Below the pieces are notes generated by a model. The model saw only the letters and a program-made list of their open reading frames with translations, was not told the DNA's origin and ran no database searches. Positions 13,371-54,600 of a stretch of 64,000 nt of DNA are shown here, piece after piece. How positions within the stretch are numbered: the first letter of the stretch is position 1; each line of letters opens with the position of its first letter. A program made the position numbers and the translations under genes. Source of the DNA: Zootoca vivipara (Eukaryota); assembly GCF_963506605.1 (NCBI RefSeq), contig NC_083285.1, forward strand, positions 48,484,001 through 48,548,000, in the 5' to 3' direction.

Positions 13371-15973
13371 CTACTCTTCTCCCATTGATTTAAATAAAAC
13401 CAATAGCCTACAATTTTCTATGGCTTATGCCGGACTGAAACACCTGCTCTGGTGCTCCCAGGAGGAGATCACCACAGATCAGAGTTTCCAACTGACATAG
13501 CATTTTGCTTCAGATCCAAAGCAGAGACCAGAACTAAGGCTGGAGAGACCACATGTCCTTATAGGAGCAAAAGTCCTTTGAGATTTAAGTTACATTTTTT
13601 CCTTAGTAAGAATGACTAAAGGAATGAGCATGCACGAGTAGAAATGTAAGAAACTTTCTCATTTATTCTTTGTCCTGATTTGTAATATGAGAGCAGTTCC
13701 AGTATGAAGCAGGAGGAATCTGCATGTATTAGACATCAATACCTACATGATGTTGCTTCTGGTGAGTCAAAGCCAACAGGCAGTTGGTGTTTATTTTAAA
13801 GTTGTCCGAGTTCACATGAGAAGCATCAAGTGAAGCTGTGAATTGACACGGCTTCATGGACAGATTGGCATCCAGTTATGTGGTTGCCAGTAACTAAGAC
13901 AGAACTTAATATAGTTGCTGCCACTAAGAGGAGAAGAAAAAAGACTGCAGTACTCAGTACAGTGTTGCAAAGTATTGTGCCTTCCTTGTCGCCTGAGCAC
14001 ATGGAAGTTTGAGGAATATGTTTCCTGAACTTGATTGTGGACCCACAAGGTCACATCCACACCATTCATTTAAAGCACTACTTTAACAGACATGACTTGC
14101 CTGGGGTGCCTGCCACCCTCTTGCCACACTGGAGTTGTTATGGTTGCCTGTGGCCAGCCCTATGAACTGCAGTGTAATGATAGCCTATTACACATCTATG
14201 TACCGTATATAGGAAGAAATAATTTGACAGTGCAAATGCAATTCCACATGCTCAAAGGAGAGATGAGTGTGTATGTGTAGAACCCCTTGGTTTTTGCACT
14301 CATTGGGCAGCTGGTTCGTACAAAGTAACTCTTGAATTGTGCTGGTGTTAGTTATAATTTTAAAATCAATCCTTTTTCTAGTTCTCTCACAAGGTGGCAC
14401 TATATCCTCAGCTACTAAGATTCTGCCCTTCATTTCTACTTTCCTCTTAAAATGCTTTAGGATCTGGGAACCTGTGGCCGAGGTGGCTGGGCTGTAACTC
14501 CCATCATCCCTGACCATTGAGTCATCCTGACTGGGGCCACTGGGAATTGGAGTTCAACAGCCTCTGAAGAGTCACAGCTTCTCCGCTTCTGCCTGCATCT
14601 CAATGATGCTGGCCACGTGGCTTAGTTTGCAGAGGAGAGTTCTCTGTTTAAAGGAGTCCTCTATTTGAAGGGAGAATAGGGTCCTTGAAGCTGCTCATCA
14701 ACACTTACCACCTGGACTTAGCAGACAATGTGATGCATCACTACAATGTGATGTATTTCTATTTAATATCCAGTAATGATTTCTAAATATGTACCTATGC
14801 ATAACTCAGCATATGCACATTTTATGCAAGCTTATATATTCTTTTGTCCTTTTTGAGAGGTGCATTTTCTCTTTAGTGGTGATTAACCTAGGTCACATCA
14901 GCACCATATACTTAAAGTGCACTTACACCTTTTTTAAAAAAACAGTCATGGCTTCTCCCAAATAATCCTGAGATCTCTAGTTTGCTAAGGGTGCTGAGAG
15001 TTCATAGGAGACTCGTCATTACAATTCCCAGTAACAAGCAACAGTTCCCAGAATGCTTTGGGGGAGGGAGCCATAGGTGAACCTATGGCCCTCTATAGGT
15101 TGTCAGTCCCAGCCAGCATGGTCAGAATAATACAGATTTTAGTTCAACAACATCTGGAACACTGCAGGAGGTTACCCATCCTTGAAATAAATAAAAGATG
15201 GGGGGCAAGTTTCTAAAATTCAATTCATACAATAAAACCTATAGCGGGCTAATACAATTCAGCATAGAAAAGTGCTGCAACTTCAATGCTATACTAAAGC
15301 TCAGGTCATAGAAGCTTGCCTGAAGCTGAAGAGAGAGCGCTTAATATACTCATGCAGCAATACAGATGGCAGCAAAATCAGTAATAAAAGACTCACCATT
15401 GCTTTTTGCAGAGAGCAAGGAGGGTGGAGACACACCCTTTGGCAGTAATTCAATCCAACCATAGTTATTATCTTTTTAAGGTATCCTAAGCAGAGTCAAG
15501 CAGAACAAAATAAATAAATAAATCAAAACTAAAACGTGAAAGACTTCTTTCTTGTGAAAACTTGCTTCAAAGCACAGTAAAACTTGAAAATCGGCTACAG
15601 ATGAACAAATACTACTACACTGGTTTGTAAGAAGATAAAAAGAGATAAGAACAATAAAGCAGAAATGTCTTAAACAGAACTCTACCTGAATTATAAATGT
15701 TGCACAGGCAGAATCTCAGAAATGGTTTCATGTGGGCAGGAAAGGGTCAAAGACTCAACCGATAAGGAGGACTAGTAGCAGCAGTTCCAGATTTCACACA
15801 ATATTATGAAATTGATCAGCCATGCTGGTTAGGCCACCTGATTGTTGCTGGGAAATAGATGTTGGGGTTTAAAATAAAAACAGGTAACATTGCAATACTA
15901 AACATGGTTACGAAGAAATATGTCTACCTAAATTCAATGGATTTCTAAGTTCGAGGGCAGATCCACATCATAC

Positions 15974-16669
15974 TGTCACACGTTCCACCTAAATTTCTGA
16001 GTGGTTCGAGATTCCAGGGGTTCCAAGTCCTTACCCACGGTTCATGTTTCCTTTTGGAAATAAAGCACAGCAGAGACTGTGGTGTCTTTAGGATATATGG
16101 TTTGTTTATTGACACGTATATACAACCTGGACCTACGATGGAGGGGTTCACAGCATCAACACCCCAAGAGGGTCTTGTTTCTCCCATAACTGCAACCCTG
16201 GATGCAAGCAGAAATCAGCCGCCGTGCTCTGGCCCTCCCACCAACTTGCCACCTTTAACCGTCTGCAAACCCCCCCCCCCCAGGTCACATCACCGCCAAC
16301 CCTAAAACTCTAATTCAAATTCTGCCTTTGCCTTCTAACTAATTCTGAGGCTCCACACCCAGTGCAACCGAATTGGTCGTACTCCCCTTGAATTTGCCTC
16401 TTAGTGTATACCAGGCATCCCCAAACTGCGGCCCTCCAGATGTTTTGGCCTACAACTCCCATGATCCCTAGCTAACAGGACCAGTGGGCGGGGAAGATGG
16501 GAATTGTAGTCCAAAATATCTGGAGGGCTAAAGTTTGGGGATGCTTGGTGTAGACAATACTGGGCCTAGGGGCTAGGGCTAGGGCTCAAAAATCACTGGC
16601 AGCTGGGAGGGAGAATCTGGCATCTGACCTCGCTCTCTCTCTCTGGTTAAAAAGTTTGACACTGTAACA
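15974..16669 (-). mobile_element. Probable solo LTR (related to 57215-57933) with a nested MITE
   Basis: TGTCACA...TGTAACA termini; minus-strand AATAAA (~16105); shares GGTTCCAGGGG...GGAAAT.AAGCACAGCAGAGACT with the 57 kb copy; no clean TSD. Confidence 0.55.
16412..16547. mobile_element. 136-bp hAT MITE, young family (other copies 54524-54659, 58131-58266, 59870-60005)
   Basis: TIR CAGGCATCCCCAAACT; TSD GTGTATAC/GTGTAGAC. Confidence 0.9.
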
Positions 16670-16781
16670 ACTTCATGGTGAGTACCAGCACCTGTTTCTA
16701 GAAAAAAAGCACTGGGAACAGCACATCAAAATATACAACAAATGCTTATCCATTTCTTGTCTCGGATGCCCATCAACCCTG

Positions 16782-16871
16782 CATAGCTGCCAAGTTATCC
16801 CTTTTTTTAAGGGATTTTGCCTTATGCTGAATAGGCTTCCTCGCGAGAAAAGGGAAAACTTGGCAGCTATG
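16782..16871. mobile_element. 90-bp hAT MITE
   Basis: Perfect 15-bp TIR CATAGCTGCCAAGTT; perfect 8-bp TSD CAACCCTG. Confidence 0.92.
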
Positions 16872-17734
16872 CAACCCTGGGGCAGTTTTGTGCTTTATCA
16901 GTTGAGAAACGGGGAGGGAAAAAGCATAGTGGTACCCTTCCAGTTGCTAAAAACAGAACACCCATTTTCAGGGGCATATCTCTGATTATCTGAGTAGATG
17001 CCTGTCTGTATCATGGACTGCTTTTAAGTTCCCTGTGGTTTTAACTGGAGTAGGTGGACTGGTTGTAATTGGGATACAATACACAAAAATTAATAGTGGT
17101 GTGAGGTGTTCAACACGGTTTTACTCAGACTAGACCCGTGGTAATTAGTGGACCTAACTTAATCATGTTCATTAATATCAATGGGTCTATTCTGAGGAAA
17201 AATGTGTTTTAACTACCACCCAGTTTCCCCGTTCCTTTTGGGGCAAAGGGGGGGGGGAATCTAGCAATTAATGGTCACTATTGACACACAGTTACACCTG
17301 CTGAGCAGAAAACATGAAATACGTGCCCAGTAAAGAGAACAGTGTGACTTTCCCACATAAAGAATCCCTGCAGGGTTGGGTGCAAGCTCAGGCTTTCATG
17401 AAACCACTTGCCTCCTACCTGATCCTGCAAGACAAAAACATTTTATAAATCAGAGCAACGAAAGAGGTGTGCCGTTTATGTGTTAATGCTGCTGAGAGAG
17501 TTCTTTGAAATAAAATACCCCTATTTGACATCTTGTGGTGCTGAGATGTCCTGCTGTGAGAGAATTTTTCCTTAGTATATATTCTGTACTGGAGCTGTTG
17601 GATGGCCCTTATTTGGAAATACTTCCTGTTAGATTTTAGGATATCACAGCCCAACACAACAGGTTTCTTAAGACTGCAATTCTTTGGAATATTTTTCAGT
17701 GGGAAAATAAATAAGAGTCAGTACATTTTATGGA

Positions 17735-18420
17735 AGTAGTAAACTTTAATACGGTCAAAGACCAGCAAAAGAATAATACAATTTAGTTCATACATTATAA
17801 TAATATTGAGCACTGCACAATTTAAAAATTTTATAACATATTACATGGCTGTTATAAAACTGAGCCTCTGTCGCCTCTCCATCTGCTATGGGTTAACTAG
17901 GAACTTTATATTTGGTGGTTGCTTTCCTCATGGCATGTCTTATTCTTGTCGCCAAGTAGCAATATTTAGCTACAGCCCTAGTGGTCTCTATATCTGTGTC
18001 AGCTAGCAGATAATTGGTGTAAGCTTCTCCTGATCGACCGGGTTGTTTGGCTAGGAGCAGTTCAATTAGCTCTTTTCTCGTCTCTTGGTATAACGAACAG
18101 TGTAGCAGAACGTGCCCAATTGTTTCAATCTCTTTGTTGTTACATGGGCATAATCTTTGATCAAAGGGAGTCTTGTTATACCTACCAGCTAATAGCGCAG
18201 AGGGGAGAGCGTTGAAGCGGGCCCTAGAAAATGCCCAGCGATGTTTAGGATTATCTACCTACTTAAGGTAATTTGCCAAATAAATCTTTCGATGGTCATA
18301 TAGGTGTTGATAATTTGCAGAGAGCCTGGTAAAATCATTTTGTAATTCGTTGTCGGTGATTCTTTCCTTGATTAAATTTTTCGCCCTCCCCATTTCCAGA
18401 CTTAGGAGATGCCCTGCTGA
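17735..18420 (-). mobile_element. Non-LTR retrotransposon 3' fragment, RTE-X-like
   Basis: Minus-strand frame ...AKNLIKERITDNELQND...RWAFSRARFNALPSALLAGRYNKTPFDQRLCPCNNKEIETIGHVLLHCSLY... with a CCHC knuckle, stop at 17893, and 3' end CTGGTCTTTGACCGTATTAAAG. Confidence 0.8.
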
Positions 18421-19853
18421 GAGTACGTATTTTATGGAAGAAATTCAATGAAATGAAAAACAAAAGATTAAGAACTCGGTGGGCAAAAAGAAGCAGAACA
18501 ATTTTTACAATGGTACAATGATTCTTCCATAAAAAGACACACATCAGGGAAGGCCTTATTAAAGAAAAATTTCGATAGCCACCTAAATATAAAAATGCAG
18601 AGCACTTGTCTAATTTCTGGGATTGTTTAGTTGCTCTGAACTGTTTTTAATACTGCATATTTATTTAATCAAACTTATATACCACCTTTTTCTTCCAAGG
18701 AGCTCAAGGTGGTGTACCTACCGTAGTTCTCCTCCTCCCCATTTCATCCTCACAACAAACTTGTGAGGTGGGTTAGGCTAAAAGATGGTGACTGGCCCAA
18801 GTCCTAGTCCAATGCTCTAACCATTACATCACACTGCCTCTTTTTGAATGTTATAGCCCACCCTGGTACCTGAGAGTGAAGGATGGGGAAATATGATAAT
18901 TTCCATTGGTAACGGATTCAACACCCATGAAGGCAGTGCACCCTGAAAGGCGGCTTAAGATCTTCAAAATAAACTAACGAGATAACCTAGTGAATGCACA
19001 CCAAACGCAAGGATTTGGACCAGGTAGGTCATTCTGGAATCAGGTTCAGCCTCTCACCCACCAGATTTAGGGATTTAGGAGAGCAAAACCAGTTTGGTTG
19101 CACTCAGGGCCACAGCAACTATGATGTAGAATGGAAGGTGAGAGGCTGGGGGCACCAAATGTTGGCATTGCATGAGGTGCTGCTGAAATTTGAGGCCCCA
19201 AGGCCAACTGCTGGACCCACTATTCTTAGGACACATAGGCTGACCTGGTCAGCCCATTGGTCCCTTTAGCTCAGTGCGACCTTCTGCATGCAAAGCAGAT
19301 GCTCTGCCGCTCAGCTACGGCCCCTCCCTTCTCGTGGCTGCTGGAAAACCATCTACCTGTTGAATTTCTGCCTGTTCCCAAGCGAAAAATAAAGGGTGCG
19401 GGAGGAAAAAGAGGGGGACTTGACTTCTCTCCCAAAGCTAAGCGCAGGGTCCCTCCTGCTTTGAATGCGCATCTCCCACCAGGCAGGCCTCTCTTTGTTT
19501 TGTGGGGTGGGAGCGTTTTGTTTCAAATTTGAGGGCGAGGGGAAGCCAAGCAAGCAGCCAGGCGGTCCCCCGCCTCTCCACTGCTGGCGCGGCGGAGCTG
19601 CTGGCGCGCCTCCCATTTGCGCGCGCCCGCGGAGCTCTCTTCTGGCTGGCCGGCGGCCAAAGGCAGCTTGCCTGGGTTGCATCAGACTAGACGCTGCCGC
19701 TGCCGCCGCCGCCGCCGCTACTTGCTGGGTACCAAAAGCTGGACAAGCGATCTTCTAGAATTTCATTTCTCTCTCTCCGCTGGCCAAGAAATGGTTCGCT
19801 CTTGAAGCTGCTCCCATTATAATTACTCTGGACCGGCTCTCTCAGGCGCAGCG

Positions 19854-49164
<29,311 letters not shown>

Positions 49165-51456
49165 GCATCGTGACTGGGGTGGCATAGTGTTCTTAAAACA
49201 CTTCACCAAGCACAAGACAGGACTCCAAAATTACAACAGCAAAACCGTGAACTTCCACTGGCACATAAACGCAAAGTCAGAACCTCATCGCACTGAGCAA
49301 CATGAAGAACTCTTGCATTCACAAGAGGAACAAGGCACTCTCCCCAGCTATGCCATTCGTTCCAAACAGTTTTATGATGTGGATCCTCCAGCAGAGTTCC
49401 GTATGCATTCAGTAGGGAATCACTTCCGAGTCATAGACTTTACTGTGAAATTATCTGCTTCTGCAGCTTTTTTGTACCGTTGTCTCCGCTACCCTGAATG
49501 TCATCACCTATAAAAGCAACTGAACCATCCAGTGGTGACATATAAACCTCAGATCCCTGGACTTTACAATGGAGATTTTGCCCAAGTGAGAAGCAACGGA
49601 CGTAGGAAACTACGGTACCTTATGCTGAGCCACAGCATTAGTTCATCTAGCCCAGTATTGTCTGTCTTGACTGGCAGCAGCTCTTGAGTTTTGGACAGAT
49701 GTTCCGTTTGACCTGGAGATGCTGGGGATTGAACCTGGGACCTTATGCATACAAATCAAATGCTCTACCACTGAGCTATCGCCTTCTTCAGCATTGAATG
49801 TCCCTTGTTTCTCCAAATTAGTCACATACAGTAGTACTTAAGTTTCTACAGATTGCATCACACCAGCATTATGCCTCTTTTCTTCCTGCAATGCAAGTTT
49901 TTAAGCAGCACAGAGAACCAATTTGCCATAAACATTGTACATAAATTCAAGGAAGTGCACTTACTATGTTTTTTGTATGATATGCAGAACTTAGCGTCTG
50001 TGTTCTACTATGCATATGAAAGCTATAGCAACTATTTTATGATGTGTTTACATTTCCTCCAACAAGAAATCTACATAGCTGTGAATTCCAATTATACTAT
50101 TAAATCATATTTGTGCTGAATGTGTTATGCAGAGTGTTACAATCCTGAAATACGCCCGTAAAAGCACATAAACACTTATCTTTGGCTACCACTTTTCATA
50201 TCCAAAGGAGCAGCAGAATTGTAATGGTTGCATCCGGAAGCCTTTAGAGCAGGGGTTTGGAACATGATCTTCCAGCTGCATAGATGAGTTTTATTTTAGT
50301 GAACGTTTGCTGCCTGCAGAATATTCAGCCGAAATGACTTCACCTGCTAGATATACATAATTTGTATCCAAATCTGCTGCCAAAGAAGTGGCAGCTCAAA
50401 TACTATGCATGCATATTCAAAGGCAAATCATTCCAAGGTCACTCTCAAATGTGCAAAAGATTGCATCCTAGGAGAAAGATCTGTGTCCAGGAAGCCATTG
50501 GCTAACAGGCTTGCACAGCTGTTCATCAATTAAAACTGTAATGTAATGTCTGATTTTCAAGATCGAAACAGTACAAACTTGTGAGTTGGTGTACTGATAT
50601 CTAAACCAATACAGAACACCTTGAAAATAGTAGTTTTTATTTAACAAACCCACATCTTCTTTATGAAAACATGGGAAACATCCCAATTTCAAATGCATAA
50701 TAGGACTGCTGCCCAAACACTCAACCATCCTGCAGAATTTTTAGGGAAAAAGCTTCTGGTATAAGGCTAGATAGTTTGTCCTTAATCTGAGCATTTACAC
50801 ATATATGTTTGGGATCAGAAAAATATGCTACAGGGCTTTCAGCAGCTTCCTTGATGATCCCCTCTATGTACAAGGAATGTTTTGACCAGCCCTGCTGCTG
50901 CTACCTATCCACAGCCGGAACCTCCCCTTAAGAGGCCAATGCAATTCTCTCTCCCCCTTAGCAGACCTAAGATCAGCTCTTAGGTTACAGCTGCCATGCT
51001 GAAGTTGTTGCAAGAGTCACACAGGTCATCCCAATTTGAAAGGTATTCAGGGTAGCAGCTAAACAAGACTCTCCAATAACTAGAAGAATCTACATGCTTC
51101 CAGCACATGACAGAAGCATTGCCAGTTTCCATGTAGCCACCATAACCTAATAATTGCTTCCATCAATAAATAGGAATACAATTTAAAGCACCAATTGGCC
51201 TGGCAGGGGTATTTTCTGTCTGCCTGATTCAATGCTCCCCCCCCGCCTGCCCCCATACTAAGCTCCTGACGATCCTCATGGATCTTTTTCATCTTGGGGC
51301 TTGGACTGAAGTGATCTTCCATGCCTCTTGGGAATGAGAGATGCAAAGAGCGAGACAGTCTGCAGGTAGCACACCTGGAAACAAACTAGCTTTTCAAGAG
51401 AACTTTTTTAAAGTTATGATACATGGTTCGTAACATGAATCTGAGATGGCAAACAT

Positions 51457-51636
51457 CTATTCAGTACTTCCAGTGTCCAAAATTTCTATTCTGCCTTCTC
51501 CTTTTGCTTTAGGAAGCTTAATGTTGTCGACGGTCACTTCTTCACAAGCAGAACTGTCCTCGCTTTCAGAGCCATCTTCTGAGGCTGAATCTTCTTCCTC
51601 TGTATCAGAGCTGTTCAGTTCAACCAAAGCCACATT
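51457..51636 (-). CDS. NOPCHAP1: NOPCHAP1 exon 4 (180 nt incl. stop)
   Basis: CAG acceptor; NVALVELNSSDTEEEDS...GRIEILDTGSTE-stop. Confidence 0.92.
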   Translation of the reverse strand, partial: NVALVELNSSDTEEEDSASEDGSESEDSSACEEVTVDNIKLPKAKGEGRIEILDTGSTE

Positions 51637-54600
51637 CTGCAATAAAAAGAAATACATGTTATTACAGAAAAACAACAACTGCTGAGGCTGTAAAGGAAGG
51701 CCAATTCAAACTCTAAATGAAGACGTACAGAACTGGGCAAATCATGGCTGCCACAGCCAACATCACAGCCTTAGAACAAACATATCAATAGCCATATCCA
51801 TAAAATGATTTTTGTAAAATTCACTATCATAATATGTAGGGGATGACCAGCAGAATGACTTTTTTAAAAAAAGACTGGACAAATTAAATTGAGAATGGGT
51901 CTATCAGTGTGTAGGTTAATTGGGGAGAACCCCATACTGCCTTTGTGGAACAGCCTCGTACACTGCTATTTTGATTTCTGTGTTATGCTTTATTCATTCT
52001 GCTGATTAGTTTTAAGCATCGAGTTAGGTCAAGTTCATTTGTACTGCTTAATACGAACTGTATGGACTGATTTTTTAAATGATGTGTTTACATATTGACA
52101 CTAGCAATAATTTACACCTTAGCACACAAAAGCCAACAGGCTGGAATAAATACTACCCTGCTAAGAGACCAGTAGTCTGTGTTTCCATGCTATCTGCAGA
52201 GAAAAGGAAACCCCCCACCCACCCACTTCCTCTGCAGCCAGGAAAGAAATGCAGACAACTAGGTTCTGTTTCTGAATACCAGTTCATTGTATTCGTGGTG
52301 CACAAGAACCAGTGTGATGCAGTGGCTAGAAACTTGCACTAGGATCTGGGAGACCAGGGCTCAAATCCCCACTCAGCCATGTAGCTCAGTGGGTCAGTTT
52401 GGGCCAGCCACTGTCTCTCAGCCTAACCTACATTACAGGGGTGATGTGAAGCTAAAGAGCAGCATGAAGAAGCATGATCTTTGAGGAAAGGTGGGTTAGA
52501 AATGTAATAATAAATAAGTGATACATTAGGCTGTACTATGGTTATTTGTCATTGTTCCTATTAGCATTTTTTATTTTTTGAATGGTTATATTTAATGCTG
52601 TTCATCTGGTATGCTGCGAGTAATTTAGGGTACAATCTTGGCAGGAAATAACAAACAATCTGATGATTTATACAAATCATACAAATAAACTGATGGTGAT
52701 AATTTGACTGACCACTTTGGTGTGCTGTTCTCCAGAATATTATTAATTTCCCATGATTTTTAAAACCACGCCCTAGAAACCTGTTTCAGCTATAACCCAG
52801 CAAGCTAAAGGCATGAGACACTGTTCAGACCATAAATTATCAGGCCTTAACCATATAATAATGGAGCCAGGAGAACGTTCATCCTTGTTGCACACTGTAA
52901 ATATGAGTAAGATGCTAGAAGTCATGGCATTAATTTTGGATAGAAATTATTCACCATTTCAATGACGTTTTCAACTGAAGCATCCACATGTTCAATATCA
53001 AACTCTTGAACAGGGGTGCTTTCCATTTCTCTTCTTAGCTCGTCATTTGCGTTGGCCATCTGTGGTAGAAAGTTCTGCACCCTGTCCAAAACTAGTACAT
53101 GAAAACAGGCAGATATTAATGCACTTCCACGAAAGACTTTGCTAAAATACATTGGATTGCTTTACTCCTAGTAATGTCCAGTATCATAACCCTTACTGCA
53201 TACTGCAACCCTCCTGTCTGCAAATGGTCTTAAAACTAGTTACAGGTAGGTAGCCGTGTTCCTCTGCCGTAGTCAAAACAATATAAAAAAATTCCTTCCA
53301 GTTGCACCTTAGAGACCTACTAAGTTTGTCACTGGTATGAGCTTTCGTGTGCATGCACACTTCTTCAGATGCACACGAAAGCTCATACCAATGACAAACT
53401 TAATTGGTCTCTAAGGTGCTACTGGGAGGAATTTTTATATTTTGTTTGGTCTTAAAACTGTTAGGCTTGTCGCAGACAACGCTTTATAAGTTGCACAACA
53501 CTAGAGAGGCGACAAGGCCTGCATTGGGTGCTACTACTCCACTGTCACTAGCAGTCCTGCACTTTCCCATCTGCCATAGAAACAATACAGCATAAGAACA
53601 GTACCCTATGCAGTGCTTTTTTTTCTTTAAAAATGTTTAGGGGTACTCTCATTTTCCTACTCATATTGAAATACTGTCCCTCAATGAGGCCAAACTTAGA
53701 TTCACAAAATGTTTAGGGGTATGCGTACCCCTGCATACCCCCAGGAAAAAAGCACTAACCCTATGTATGGCAGAGCAAACTTATTTTATGGAAATAAATC
53801 TGATTTCACACCTTACGTTGCAGATTAAAGCTCCCATTTTCTCAGCCCAACCAACAGGATCTGATAAAAGTCTCCCCACTCCCTTGAGTCCTTGTCAGCG
53901 AGAAAAGGAATGCTGTAAACAAATGGTCATATTGCAAGATGTGTGGACATTTTGAAAGTTCCAAATCCCAAATGCTGGGAAGTTAGTATGAAGAGATGGT
54001 GTACTATGTAGATACGGGACTCATTCAGAGTAACATAAGACTTGTATTATTAGTTTAGTACTTAAATTTTTAACTAGATGCTACAGGCCACACAAAAATG
54101 CTTTACAGAACACAACAGACACACTTTATTTTGGAATGTTACAGTATTCCCTCACTACACCTTTTCAAAACCTCCCTCTTCTGCTTCTGTGATATTGTAT
54201 TGCATGGACATTCAGGTCTAAGAGGAGGAACAGAAAATTATCAAGCTGTTTATGCTAGAATGCTAATTCTAGGTCAGGAATGTTTCTACACAATTCTTTA
54301 AGTTTGTATCTTACTGAGGTTCACACAATATATTTAAAGATGAATAGCACTTACGGTTGCTCCTTGGAAGCCTGACTGTCTGTAAGCTCATGGGTTTCTT
54401 CTTAGCATGCTTTGAATTTAGCAATAGCGTCTCATGAATACCTACAAGCCAGAATTCCAACATGAGTTCAACAGTCACACACCAACATTTTCTATTCACA
54501 TAGAATATTCACACTATTTACACCAGGCATCCCCAAACTGCGGCCCTCCAGATGTTTTGGCCTACAACTCCCATGATTCCTAGCTAGCAGGACCAGTGGT

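Noticed and set aside
16562-16585. Telomere-like (GGGCTA)n / G-quadruplex motif
   Set aside because: Only 3-4 imperfect units within an LTR-like remnant; not TTAGGG and too short to call
49715-49785. tRNA-Cys-like sequence on the minus strand
   Set aside because: Acceptor stem and anticodon arm are degenerate and it continues into a SINE body shared with 20822-21000; a SINE head, not a tRNA gene
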